This document shows positions 48,582-58,554 of a stretch of DNA of 64,000 nucleotides, in pieces (position 1 is the first letter of the stretch; each line of letters opens with the position of its first letter). The notes beneath the pieces are model-generated. The model ran no database searches, was not told the origin of the DNA, and saw nothing but the letters and a program-made list of their open reading frames with translations. The translations under genes and the position numbers were made by a program. This DNA is from a virus, in the IMG/VR virus record IMGVR_UViG_3300005264_000001, positions 28,962 to 92,961 of that record; one strand, written 5' to 3'.

Positions 48582-48765
48582 ATTATAAAGTTAAGTTTAA
48601 GGTTCTTCAACCGTCGAAATCTTTGTCTATTTTCAAAATGATTGAGTATAAAGGTCTCCACCTTATTTAGCGTAATTCATATTGGCAAATATACATACAC
48701 ACAAGTTGAGAAGTTCTGGCTAGAGAACGTTTTCTCATCTCATACTAATAAGAATGATTAACCAT

Positions 48766-49416
48766 TTATAAGTCTTTCGATATATTCAATGTTTCTAGCA
48801 TATAAGCGTTACAATTAAATTTTATACTATTTAAACAATCTTCCTCTGTGATTCTTTTTAAGTTTTCACTTTTATCTGTAGTAATAACTTCAGTTAATTC
48901 GTCTTCATTTCTAAGATAATGTTTAAATACTTGACCCTCGTGTCTTTCTTCATATACAACATAACCACAATAAATAGCTCTCAAATCTTCTGTATGTCTG
49001 ACTAAACTTTGAATTACAGTGTCTTTACCAAATCCACCAAACCAATTATTAGCACTACGAAGTGTACCGTCTGGCATTTTTCTATGTGAATGCATATAAT
49101 CAGCAAATGATTTCTCTATTACAGGATGTTGAAAACCAACATAATCTAATTTACCTTCTGAGGTGTCTCTAATAGCTCCTCCTGTAAATGTTCTAATTTC
49201 TGATTTAGTTTCTTCATCCTTTATCATCTCATCACACAAAAACATTTCAATCCCTGAAGATATTACAGTTCCAGAATATAAATCAGAACTTACTGAATCT
49301 ATTCTTACAAGTTTACCACTTGATTCTTCTTGAATTTTTGATATTTTAATACAACCAACAACATCATGTCTTATCAATTTAGCTAACAATACAATATCAT
49401 TTACTTTATATTTCAT
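48766..49416 (-). CDS. DUF5664-like dATP/dGTP diphosphohydrolase-domain protein
   Basis: RTFTGGAIRDTSEGKLDY, NNW..G and SLVRH motifs. Confidence 0.65.
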   Translation of the reverse strand: MKYKVNDIVLLAKLIRHDVVGCIKISKIQEESSGKLVRIDSVSSDLYSGTVISSGIEMFLCDEMIKDEETKSEIRTFTGGAIRDTSEGKLDYVGFQHPVIEKSFADYMHSHRKMPDGTLRSANNWFGGFGKDTVIQSLVRHTEDLRAIYCGYVVYEERHEGQVFKHYLRNEDELTEVITTDKSENLKRITEEDCLNSIKFNCNAYMLETLNISKDL

Positions 49417-49970
49417 TTTTCTTTACCCTCATCTGGTTTAATTAATAGTGTTATCTTACTAGCATTATTAATTTTGGCATCCTCAACTAACCCTTCTAAA
49501 TATTCTACATTAAATGTTTGCATATTATTTCTAGTAACTAGAATATTTACACTTAAATTTTTACTAGTATCTTTTAAAACACTTACTATTTCTTTAATTT
49601 GTCTAGTACTAAATCTACAACCTCTTAATTGTTCAATTATAGTATTCTTTTGATGGCTAGACATAGACATTCTTTGAATATACTCTTCTGATATTACTTT
49701 TGTGTCTTCTTTATCTACTACAATATTATAGTAAACATAATCATCTTCTTTACCAAAGTTGGAAATAATTTCTATTTTCTCTAATGGGTAGTCGTGAGTT
49801 TTATTATATATTACACTAATTTGTGAATGTGGTGTATAATTTGACATAACTTCTACAATACAATTCTTATAAACTTGTTCACGATTTATATCTTCTCTTT
49901 TCCATATAAAAGAAATCATATAATTAATTTCTTCTTGTACATCTTTTGAATATTTATTTAAATCAATCAT
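49413..49970 (-). CDS. hypothetical protein
   Basis: ATGA-coupled ORF. Confidence 0.55.
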   Translation of the reverse strand: MIDLNKYSKDVQEEINYMISFIWKREDINREQVYKNCIVEVMSNYTPHSQISVIYNKTHDYPLEKIEIISNFGKEDDYVYYNIVVDKEDTKVISEEYIQRMSMSSHQKNTIIEQLRGCRFSTRQIKEIVSVLKDTSKNLSVNILVTRNNMQTFNVEYLEGLVEDAKINNASKITLLIKPDEGKEK

Positions 49971-50290
49971 TTTTCTAATTCCTCAACAAAATCTTTACAT
50001 TCTTCCTCAAAACTATTTTGTAAATCTACGAAGTAACTATAATCGTCATCTTCCTCATCAAAATCCTCGATACTAGTAGTAAATCCAAATTCCCATTTAC
50101 CTTCAACGTTTTCATACCAACCAAATTCATCAGTATCAAATACAATCTTACCTTCATGAATAATTTCTCCAGTCTTTGCAACAAAACTTAAATACTCATT
50201 TTCTCCCTCTTCGTTTACATAATCAACTCTTAATAATTGACTATATTTACTATAATTAAATTCTTCACAAAATTTTTTGTAATTATTCAT
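49967..50290 (-). CDS. hypothetical acidic protein
   Basis: ATGA-coupled ORF. Confidence 0.55.
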   Translation of the reverse strand: MNNYKKFCEEFNYSKYSQLLRVDYVNEEGENEYLSFVAKTGEIIHEGKIVFDTDEFGWYENVEGKWEFGFTTSIEDFDEEDDDYSYFVDLQNSFEEECKDFVEELEK

Positions 50291-50449
50291 TTTCTATAAA
50301 TTCCTCCAAATCATTAACTAAAGAGTAAGCATCGGATGACAAATTCTCTAAATGTTCTCGTAAACTTTCATAATCAATATCTTCTTTATTATAGGGTAAA
50401 CCTAACTCATCGTAAAAACTCTCAATCTTTTTATCTAATTCTTGTTTAT

Positions 50450-50698
50450 TCATTTTTCTGTTACCTCGTAATCATTCTCTAATACTTGTTCATAAGTTCT
50501 CTCTACCCCTTTGTGAGTCCAAGTTATCTTTGTTAATATATCATAATTTAATTCAAAAAATTCTATATATTCTTTGATTATTTTAATTTCCTCGTCAAAC
50601 ATTTCACGAGTTGTAGTTACAAGACAAATACTTGCATCTCTTATCAGATACTTTACAGCATGAGACCTGAATTTATTTACTTTTATTTCTTCATTCAT
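50450..50698 (-). CDS. hypothetical protein
   Basis: Coupled ORF. Confidence 0.5.
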   Translation of the reverse strand: MNEEIKVNKFRSHAVKYLIRDASICLVTTTREMFDEEIKIIKEYIEFFELNYDILTKITWTHKGVERTYEQVLENDYEVTEK

Positions 50699-50984
50699 TT
50701 TTCATAACCTCAGCACTTAATTTAATTTTGTAGTCTTCTAGTGTTTCCCATTGTTCAATATAAAAGTTTTCTAATTCACCTTCACATAATGACTCTTCAA
50801 TATTTTCAGTTACATCTTCTAAGTCTGTAAACTTTCTTACAATAGCTTTATGTAAGTCTTCTGAGTATTCTTTTTGAAATTTAGATAATTCTTCTTCAGT
50901 ATAATCTTCTTGTGCTTTTTCACAATCGGACCAAACACAATAATTATCTGGTGTTTCTACCTCTATAATAATTTTAGTTTTCAT
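50691..50984 (-). CDS. hypothetical acidic protein
   Basis: GAGGT upstream. Confidence 0.5.
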   Translation of the reverse strand: MKTKIIIEVETPDNYCVWSDCEKAQEDYTEEELSKFQKEYSEDLHKAIVRKFTDLEDVTENIEESLCEGELENFYIEQWETLEDYKIKLSAEVMKNE

Positions 50985-51040
50985 TTTTCTGTTACCTCAA
51001 TTTCTACTCCACAAGCATCTAATGTTTCCCAATCTTCCAT

Positions 51041-51268
51041 TTAATCTTCCTCCAGTAAGAAATTTCTCAGTTCTTTAAAATCAGAGCAACTTTCTTCTCC
51101 TTTGAATACAGTCGGAAGTACTGATACTCCTTTAGAAATAGCTTCTTTCATTATTTCAGCATCATCACAGCTTCTAAACTCGACTTCTACCTTTCCCTTA
51201 ATCATCATCTTTAATTGTTTACAATTAGGACAATGTGACTTTGTATAACATATTCTGGTTTTATCCAT
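51041..51268 (-). CDS. glutaredoxin-like protein
   Basis: YTKSHCPNC and GVSVLPT motifs; start re-assigned after the early TATA. Confidence 0.75.
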   Translation of the reverse strand: MDKTRICYTKSHCPNCKQLKMMIKGKVEVEFRSCDDAEIMKEAISKGVSVLPTVFKGEESCSDFKELRNFLLEED

Positions 51269-51290
51269 ATAAATAAGAATTAATTTGTAT

Positions 51291-51614
51291 TTATAAGTCT
51301 TTTGTTTCATACCAAGAATCATATACAATTAAAAATCCTCGAATGTTCTTACTATCAACATATTTACAGAATAATTTACAATATAATTTACGCAACCACG
51401 AACCAGAATATATAATTTTAATTTTTTGAATAGAAGTACTTCTGAATCTATTTCCAAGTCTATTCAAGAATAGTGTCTCATTATCAATAAACTCTTCTTG
51501 AATCTCTTTAAAAACGACTTTAAAAGAGAATAAGGTCTTTATAATACCTAACATTTCTCCTTTTATTTGTATAAGTTCTTTAAACTTATTTTTACTTAGT
51601 ATTATCTTTTTCAT
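51291..51614 (-). CDS. hypothetical protein
   Basis: Ends KDL* inside the next promoter. Confidence 0.5.
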   Translation of the reverse strand: MKKIILSKNKFKELIQIKGEMLGIIKTLFSFKVVFKEIQEEFIDNETLFLNRLGNRFRSTSIQKIKIIYSGSWLRKLYCKLFCKYVDSKNIRGFLIVYDSWYETKDL

Positions 51615-51619
51615 AATAA

Positions 51620-51997
51620 CTAAACTCGTGTACTCTTTATAAACTTATTCGTTCTCATGTTATAATAAGTTTTAAAAATCATACCATTTACAACAATACC
51701 AAGAAGAGCATACCACCAAGGATATGGTCCAGCAAACAACATTACAAATCCTGTTAAAAAGATTAATCTTTGTAATAAAGAAGCAATAGGAAATTGTGTG
51801 TAAATATCTTCTAAAGGATTAGGTTCATATTGACACTCTTCCCAAATCTCTTCTAGAGTTTTACTCTTAGTAGGTTTGTTTAGTTCTTCAAACTTTTTAA
51901 GTTCTTTCTTTAATTGCTTATTATCTTTCGCTAGTGTACTATCAACTAGTACACTACATTTTTTATTATTTGTTTTATTTTTCATTTTATTCCTCAT
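51620..51997 (-). CDS. membrane protein
   Basis: Two hydrophobic segments. Confidence 0.55.
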   Translation of the reverse strand: MRNKMKNKTNNKKCSVLVDSTLAKDNKQLKKELKKFEELNKPTKSKTLEEIWEECQYEPNPLEDIYTQFPIASLLQRLIFLTGFVMLFAGPYPWWYALLGIVVNGMIFKTYYNMRTNKFIKSTRV

Positions 51998-52664
51998 TCA
52001 ATGCTTTAATCTCAGCATCTAAGTCTTCAATATCTAAATCATCTAAACTTGAGTTAAACTTATCATCAATTAAATCATGTGCACTTGTTACCTCACTGAT
52101 TATTAAATTACCTTTATCATCTTTTAAACCTAAGTCTTCACAACTAACATATGGTTTAGGTTTATTAATCATTTCTTTATGACTATCATCATCAATCTTA
52201 TCTAAACCATATTTCTTATCAATATCTTCAAGTTTTTTCTTTCCTACTTCACTAAGTTTAATTACACTAGGGAAACAAACAGATGGTTCTTTAATAATAG
52301 TCACAAACTCTAATTCTTCAAGTTCAGCATATTTCTTAAATTTAACTTTATCAAGAGATTCTTTAATACATCTACCATTTTCTTTACCCCATTTCATAGC
52401 CTTAACTTCGTCGTAATCAAACTTTTTCATCTCTTTGATAAATACACCACCATCAAACTTTTTAGTAGACTTATTGGACTCATTATATTCTTCAATACAT
52501 TCTTCTGTAATACATTGTTTAATACTACTCAATGTTGCAGATAAATTGTCTCTCTCATCTAATAATACAGAATTATTTTCCTCCCATTCTTTTCTGGAAG
52601 CTTCAATCTTTTCACAAACCAAATCTAGTTCGTCTTTTGTCTCTTTGTAATCTCTTATACTCAT
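51987..52664 (-). CDS. coiled-coil protein (Gam/Gp157-like, tentative)
   Basis: N-terminal coiled coil, FDYDEVKAMKW motif, acidic tail. Confidence 0.4.
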   Translation of the reverse strand: MSIRDYKETKDELDLVCEKIEASRKEWEENNSVLLDERDNLSATLSSIKQCITEECIEEYNESNKSTKKFDGGVFIKEMKKFDYDEVKAMKWGKENGRCIKESLDKVKFKKYAELEELEFVTIIKEPSVCFPSVIKLSEVGKKKLEDIDKKYGLDKIDDDSHKEMINKPKPYVSCEDLGLKDDKGNLIISEVTSAHDLIDDKFNSSLDDLDIEDLDAEIKALNEE

Positions 52665-52704
52665 TGTAATAATATAAATGATTAATCATTTATAAATGTT
52701 TGTA

Positions 52705-53484
52705 TTAATCAAACACCTTCTTATATTTATTTATGTTCTCACAATATTCTTCATAACTAATCTCTTCTAAATTAGACCTATCCCAACGATTATAGCTTAT
52801 TTCTACTTGTCCATCATATTTTTTATGACCATACTTACTAAAACTAAACATAGATGAATATACACTCCAAGTATCAAACTGAATTCTATCAATTTTACAT
52901 ACTCCTAAAATGTCAGCACATTCCTCTTCCTCATAATACTCATCATCTTTATCAACTAAAACTCTAAAATATTTACCATAGTATTTCTCATTTAGTTTTT
53001 CAAATTTTTCTTTCTTTTCAATAATAAAATATTGATTACTTCTACTCAATTTCTCTACATCAACTGTAACGTCATCCAGAGAACCACATTTCTCTAAAAT
53101 CTTTTCAAAACAAATCTTTTTCTTAGTTTCAAATTCTTCAGGTTCTATAACTTTTCCTTGTCTTACATTACCATCTCTTAGACTAGTATTCTCAGAATTA
53201 CTAAAATCAAAGTTGTCTCCTCTAACATCTAATCTCTCACAATCACATCTTACAGTATCACTGTCAAAAGAAGCCTCAGGTTTAAAATATAATTTAGTAA
53301 TCTTAATAATACTACCTGAACCATCATTGAACACATTCTTATAATAGAACGGTAATTTAGTATTTTCCCATCTTTCTATCATACGTTTACAATCAGCTTT
53401 TCTTCTTAAATCACTATCATTTCTTTCTGCTGCTTTCTCTTCTTGTAATCTTACCTTTGTTTTTTCTATATTTTTAAATTCCAT
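52705..53484 (-). CDS. hypothetical protein
   Basis: TAATG-coupled to the hydrolase gene. Confidence 0.6.
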   Translation of the reverse strand: MEFKNIEKTKVRLQEEKAAERNDSDLRRKADCKRMIERWENTKLPFYYKNVFNDGSGSIIKITKLYFKPEASFDSDTVRCDCERLDVRGDNFDFSNSENTSLRDGNVRQGKVIEPEEFETKKKICFEKILEKCGSLDDVTVDVEKLSRSNQYFIIEKKEKFEKLNEKYYGKYFRVLVDKDDEYYEEEECADILGVCKIDRIQFDTWSVYSSMFSFSKYGHKKYDGQVEISYNRWDRSNLEEISYEEYCENINKYKKVFD

Positions 53485-53921
53485 TATTCACTCCTCCAGA
53501 ATTTACTTTTAGTTAAATAAGCATCTTGTCTTTTTTCATCCCAAACACTCATTGTACTTAGATTTTGAGCTCTATCACAAAATTTAATCATAATAGCTTC
53601 AGGTGATTCAAGTCTAGGAAATGTTTTCTCTCCATTTTCATTCTTATCTTTAGTCAATTCTAAAACAAGATTTCTAACTCTTAACCCAAACATTTGAAAT
53701 AACTGTAAAGGAGTTACATCACAATCTTCTAATACGTCATGTAAATAAGCCGCAGCAATTATATTTTCATTATCAGTTAATCCAGCAACCATATCTCCAA
53801 CTACTTTTACATGGGTCTCATAATAACTTTGCCCACCGTCTCTTAATTGTCCTTTATGCATCTCTTGTGCAAAATCTTGTGCTTTCTCAACCATACTTTG
53901 TGTTATAATCATACTTTCCAT
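53484..53921 (-). CDS. Mesh1/SpoT-type HD small alarmone hydrolase (SAH)
   Basis: A...HKGQLR, Y..H, AAAYLHDVLED, V..LTKD and IKFCDRAQN motifs. Confidence 0.9.
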   Translation of the reverse strand: MESMIITQSMVEKAQDFAQEMHKGQLRDGGQSYYETHVKVVGDMVAGLTDNENIIAAAYLHDVLEDCDVTPLQLFQMFGLRVRNLVLELTKDKNENGEKTFPRLESPEAIMIKFCDRAQNLSTMSVWDEKRQDAYLTKSKFWRSE

Positions 53922-53923
53922 TC

Positions 53924-54199
53924 TTATTTATTTTCTCCTTTTACATCAGTAAAGTTAATAATCTCATAATTATTATCTTCAAACCATTCTTTTTGTTCAT
54001 AATAGATACAACCTAAACCACCGCAAATGTTATCAATTTCGTAACAAGTGTTTGCTTCGTATTCTTCCCATAGTGATTTAGTACGTCTTAAAGACCATTC
54101 AATACCTAGTTCTTTACACATACTAATAAATTGTTCTGCTTCTTCTTTTGTTTTGCAGTTAACTGCAATCTTTGCTTTTATAATTTGTTTCATTTCCAT
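53924..54199 (-). CDS. paralogue family A member (AVxCxT...TCY)
   Basis: IAVNCKTKEEAEQF; early promoter. Confidence 0.6.
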   Translation of the reverse strand: MEMKQIIKAKIAVNCKTKEEAEQFISMCKELGIEWSLRRTKSLWEEYEANTCYEIDNICGGLGCIYYEQKEWFEDNNYEIINFTDVKGENK

Positions 54200-54270
54200 C
54201 TTATAATAATACTAATACTTAATCCTTTATAAGTGTTTGTATAGAATAAAACATAGATTTATAAATAAAT

Positions 54271-54606
54271 CTATTTACTTACTATTTTAATAATGTTTCT
54301 ATAAGAACTAAATAAACCAATTCTCCATCCAACTACTTTAACTTTATATGTTTCACCAACTTTAAGTTGCCTGTATACATCTGAACTATCGAATTTCATA
54401 AACAATAGTGTGTCAACATTCTCAAATGTTTCAAACTCTGATGCAATTAAATATTTTTGTTTGTTGTTTTGGTACTTAACCCATTTATCATCAATAGTAA
54501 TATCTATCGTTGTTTCAGTAGACAAGTACATTGGAATATAAATAAACAACGCAAGAATAATCAACAACACACAAATAAACGCACCAATATTTCCTTTCAT
54601 ATTCAT
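54271..54606 (-). CDS. DUF1523-like membrane-anchored protein
   Basis: N-terminal transmembrane segment; FEN.D...KFDSSD...GWRI...YRNI. Confidence 0.65.
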   Translation of the reverse strand: MNMKGNIGAFICVLLIILALFIYIPMYLSTETTIDITIDDKWVKYQNNKQKYLIASEFETFENVDTLLFMKFDSSDVYRQLKVGETYKVKVVGWRIGLFSSYRNIIKIVSK

Positions 54607-55049
54607 TTTAAAGCCTCAGCTCTAGTTAATAAGTCATCTCCTCTTTTTATAGAGTCATAAACCATTAATTGACCATCTAAACTTAATCTTTCATAACTAT
54701 TAGGTAATTTACTAAATCCTCTAGGTTTATATAAAAGATTATTCTTTATGTTAGCTGCTATATTATAACTCAACAATTTACATTCATCTAAATCTTCAAG
54801 ATGATACATCTTAGTAGAATCTTTATGTCCATATTTTCCTAACTTATCAGTAAATACAAGGTAAGTTGGGACTTCTCTATAATTCTCTTGTATTCCATTA
54901 AATTGTTCTATCTCGAACTTTTTCATATTAAAACTATCTTCTAGTTTATTTTGTAAATCAGTATTAACTAATTTACCACTTAGTATTATTTCATCCAATC
55001 TCGCTTGTTCTTCACTCATATTTATCATGTTTAATATACTTTTTTTCAT
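54603..55049 (-). CDS. hypothetical protein
   Basis: Coupled ORF. Confidence 0.55.
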   Translation of the reverse strand: MKKSILNMINMSEEQARLDEIILSGKLVNTDLQNKLEDSFNMKKFEIEQFNGIQENYREVPTYLVFTDKLGKYGHKDSTKMYHLEDLDECKLLSYNIAANIKNNLLYKPRGFSKLPNSYERLSLDGQLMVYDSIKRGDDLLTRAEALK

Positions 55050-55282
55050 TCTTCTCTTCTCACAATGGCTACTATTTCTATCGTAGTTTTTGATTCAAAC
55101 TCTGTGTCACATTTAGGACAACAAAAATGTATATTTTCTTTTCCATTTGGATAACTTATATATTCATTATTAAAATCTACTTCACACAAAGTATCACAAT
55201 CAGGACATTTCATTTCCTCTTTAAAAGGGAGATAAAATCTTTTAACTTCTATCTCTTCTAACTCAATTATTTCTTCTTTCAT
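55046..55282 (-). CDS. Zn-ribbon protein
   Basis: CPDC...CPKC. Confidence 0.6.
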   Translation of the reverse strand: MKEEIIELEEIEVKRFYLPFKEEMKCPDCDTLCEVDFNNEYISYPNGKENIHFCCPKCDTEFESKTTIEIVAIVRREE

Positions 55283-55346
55283 TCTTCAACATCTTCACCA
55301 TCAGAAACATAAGTATCTAAATCTAAGTCATTACAACTACAATTAA

Positions 55347-56036
55347 TCATTCTTTCATCTCACAATTAAATAACAAAAGTTCTCTAACAGTTAAATTATT
55401 CTTACTCATAAACTCAATAATTTCTTCTTGGGTTGTCTCAGAAGAAACTTTTAAGTTTACAATCTCAGACCAACCAGTTAATAACTCACCAATACTATGT
55501 GAATCTTCAATACAACACCATTCATTTTTAGTAGGTTTATTTGGGGCAGTATCTTCATGAACTTCTTGTAAAACACAAAATTCATTATCAACTTTTAAAT
55601 CATTCCACATCATAAACTCTACACCATTATCAAACTTAGTTTTAGCCCATTGAATTGAACCAATCTTCTCACCACTTTCATATTGTTTAATAAAGTTATC
55701 AGCTTCTTTAACATACGTATGTAAATTCTCATTCTCTTCTTTAACTCTCATCAGTTCTTTTACATAAGATTGAAAAACATCTATATCACATTCAAAAGTG
55801 CTCTCTTCATAAATATCATCAGACTCAACAATAGCAAATCCTTTATCAACATCTTTTAATTGTCTAACTCTCCAACTACCTTCATTATCACCATCAAAGA
55901 TATAACAAGTTTCATTACTAACCCAATCTCTAATACTTGAACTAGATTCACAATGTAACTCACAAATTCTAATCGCTTCTTTGTCTGTTCTACAACGAAC
56001 AGCTGTGTCTTTTCCTATTACATCATTTATATTCAT
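55347..56036 (-). CDS. paralogue family A member with C-terminal extension
   Basis: TAVRCRTDKEA...ETCY. Confidence 0.55.
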   Translation of the reverse strand: MNINDVIGKDTAVRCRTDKEAIRICELHCESSSSIRDWVSNETCYIFDGDNEGSWRVRQLKDVDKGFAIVESDDIYEESTFECDIDVFQSYVKELMRVKEENENLHTYVKEADNFIKQYESGEKIGSIQWAKTKFDNGVEFMMWNDLKVDNEFCVLQEVHEDTAPNKPTKNEWCCIEDSHSIGELLTGWSEIVNLKVSSETTQEEIIEFMSKNNLTVRELLLFNCEMKE

Positions 56037-56356
56037 TTTTTACTTACCTCTCTAAATTCAAACATCACACTATCAGATACAGTACCAACATATACTTCTT
56101 TTGAAAATAAACCAAACATATACTTTTTTGTTTTGTATATACTTCTATATATGTGATTACATCTTACAAGTTCACCTTTCATTTTTAATTTCTTTACAAT
56201 CTCTTTACTCGTAAATGTGATTTCTTCTGAGTGGTCTTTTGATGAAAATGTCAATGTTCCAAATAAAGCACCAACACTAAAAGATTTATCAATCTTAAAT
56301 ATTATCTTTAGTTGAGTATCTGTAAACTTCTTATGAGTAGTAACGGTTTTAATCAT
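56033..56356 (-). CDS. hypothetical protein
   Basis: Coupled ORF. Confidence 0.5.
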   Translation of the reverse strand: MIKTVTTHKKFTDTQLKIIFKIDKSFSVGALFGTLTFSSKDHSEEITFTSKEIVKKLKMKGELVRCNHIYRSIYKTKKYMFGLFSKEVYVGTVSDSVMFEFREVSKK

Positions 56357-56664
56357 TCTAGTTCTACCTCTTCAAACTCAAGAATCCTATCATAACTTAC
56401 AATTAAAGATTTAGTTCCATTGTAATAACTTAGTTTCGAATAATCCCAAGTAGTTACTCCTCTCGACTCATAACTTTTAATATCATAACAAGTTTCTTCT
56501 TTGTATTCATTAAATTCAGCAAAATCTTTTTTAATACAAAGTTTTGAATCTGCAAATTTAAATTTAATACCTTTAGTTTCCACAGCTTTAATGAACTTCT
56601 CAGCTTTTTCTCTTGTATCACAGTGAACTGCAATCTTTTTATCTATAATATCTTCAATCTTCAT
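56353..56664 (-). CDS. paralogue family A member
   Basis: IAVHCDTREKAEKF...ETCY. Confidence 0.6.
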   Translation of the reverse strand: MKIEDIIDKKIAVHCDTREKAEKFIKAVETKGIKFKFADSKLCIKKDFAEFNEYKEETCYDIKSYESRGVTTWDYSKLSYYNGTKSLIVSYDRILEFEEVELE

Positions 56665-56945
56665 TCTTCTCTTTCCTCTTCAAAACCAGCTGTTGCTACT
56701 GCTTCATCACACCAACCTTGTATTGTTTCGATTTCTTTTTCTAATCCATTAGTCTCAGCATTATACGAGATAACTTTATCTAATACAGTTTTAATCATGA
56801 TTAAACGTATAAGAGAATTAGCTCCAGCAATATCATCTGATATAATTTCATTAGCTTCTTGCATTGCATCAGCCATAACAGAACCTGTCTCTTCCATTTT
56901 CTTCATCATGTCTTTATGTTCACTCTCTAATAACTTTTTACTCAT
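56661..56945 (-). CDS. hypothetical helical protein (start re-assigned after the early TATA)
   Basis: AAAGACTTATAAA at about 56970-56982. Confidence 0.55.
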   Translation of the reverse strand: MSKKLLESEHKDMMKKMEETGSVMADAMQEANEIISDDIAGANSLIRLIMIKTVLDKVISYNAETNGLEKEIETIQGWCDEAVATAGFEEEREE

Positions 56946-57098
56946 TGTAATAATAGAAATGATTAAGAGTTTATAAGTCTTTGTATTCAATAAGAATAAT
57001 CGTTCACATCGATTCTGAGAAGACTTTTTATTTTTTGTGACAAAGTTTACACAAAGTTGATAAACTCTTCTAGAATCAAATGATATAGAGATTAAAAT

Positions 57099-57614
57099 CT
57101 ATAACATACACTTAGTATACTTCTTTAAAACATCATTATGAAAAGATAATCTTTTCATTGGTGTGTAATCTACATGATGTATATATGTTGCATTATGAAG
57201 TGCTTTACATATTACGATGATATTGTCACGTTCTAAATCATCAGTCACATCACAAAATATAGAGGTAACATCAAGTTTATTATATTTTGAGAAGTAATGA
57301 ATAAGATAGTTTTTTAATCTTGTGTAACCTATGTTTTTGTATTGTTCTATTTTATTGATTACTTCTACACGCATTAATTTACTCATTGTATCTTTATTAA
57401 GAGTTTGTTCTTGTTCTTTAGTTTCTTTATTATCTATTCTTCTAATTAATCTATTATTTTCTTTTGTAAGAAATTTAATTAACATACTTTGTTCTACTAT
57501 TCTTTCCTTGAGTGTCATATTTTCTTTATTGATAAAATTAATTAATTCACTTTGAGATTCATCATCTAATCTTAAACTAATTTTTTCGTTATGGTTATTT
57601 TCTTTTTCTTCCAT
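57099..57614 (-). CDS. coiled-coil plus putative winged-helix protein
   Basis: First leftward gene from the strand switch. Confidence 0.5.
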   Translation of the reverse strand: MEEKENNHNEKISLRLDDESQSELINFINKENMTLKERIVEQSMLIKFLTKENNRLIRRIDNKETKEQEQTLNKDTMSKLMRVEVINKIEQYKNIGYTRLKNYLIHYFSKYNKLDVTSIFCDVTDDLERDNIIVICKALHNATYIHHVDYTPMKRLSFHNDVLKKYTKCML

Positions 57615-58500
57615 GATAATAAGAATTGATATAAACTTATAAAACTATGTAAAATCACGACAAAACACGTAGAACAGTTTTTCAAGATGTCTAGTCATCA
57701 AATTCGACGTTTAAGACGTTAAAATTAAAATTTAAATCGTTAAATTGACTCAGAATTGTCAACGTGTACTCAAAAAATTGGTTTTTATGACACTCTCAAA
57801 AACCCAAAGCCTCCAGATTTGATAGGTACACGTCTTGTACTACTCAAATTCGAGAAAAAGATGCTCAACCTTTACCTAATGACAATACACGTCTTCTACC
57901 TATCAAATTCGACATATGAGTGTTTGGTTTTTTGCTTTTAAACTCCCTTATACATATATACATATACATATAGAAAGATATATATTTAAAAAATCTTCTT
58001 TTAGAAGGGATGAGATATATGTATAAGCACAAAATAAAAACTAAAAAACTGATTACTCATTCAAAGAATTTGATAGGTACACACTCTCTATCATACGTAT
58101 GCAAAGTTTTTACACGAAACACGTCTTAAACGTCATATACATACTCCTCACGTCGTCTCTGTTGGTTTCGTAGTTTTTAAATCGGCTTTTTAATTTAACG
58201 TTTTGGGTACACGTTGAAATGACATTACTTAAAAGTTACTATCAAAACTACTATTTTTTAGTAAAATAAAAAAAAATAATTTGAGGATTACGTTTTTAAA
58301 TTTAAAATCCTCGTTTATATTTTTAAATTTAAAAACGTAATCCTACTTTTATTTTTAAATTTAAAAACGTAATCCTCACGTTTATGGGTTATTTTTAAAA
58401 ACGTCAAACCACGATTACGTTTTTAAATTTAAAAACGTAAATCTATATTTTAAGATTTTTAAGATTTTTAGGATTTTTAATAAAAACAATAACTTTATAA
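57615..58500. repeat. non-coding strand-switch region with iteron-like and palindromic repeats (candidate origin or genome end)
   Basis: Perfect 26-bp palindrome at 58415-58440; three related copies at 58282-58378; TTTGATAGGTA repeats; many ACGT. Confidence 0.75.
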
Positions 58501-58554
58501 ATAGTAGTTAATTCTATTATATTATGAGTTGAAAATGACTCGATTTAGATAAAA

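Noticed and set aside
58282-58440. Repeat array as a mini-CRISPR
   Set aside because: Units are in mixed orientation with only short gaps, no unique spacers of about 30-40 bp, and no cas genes
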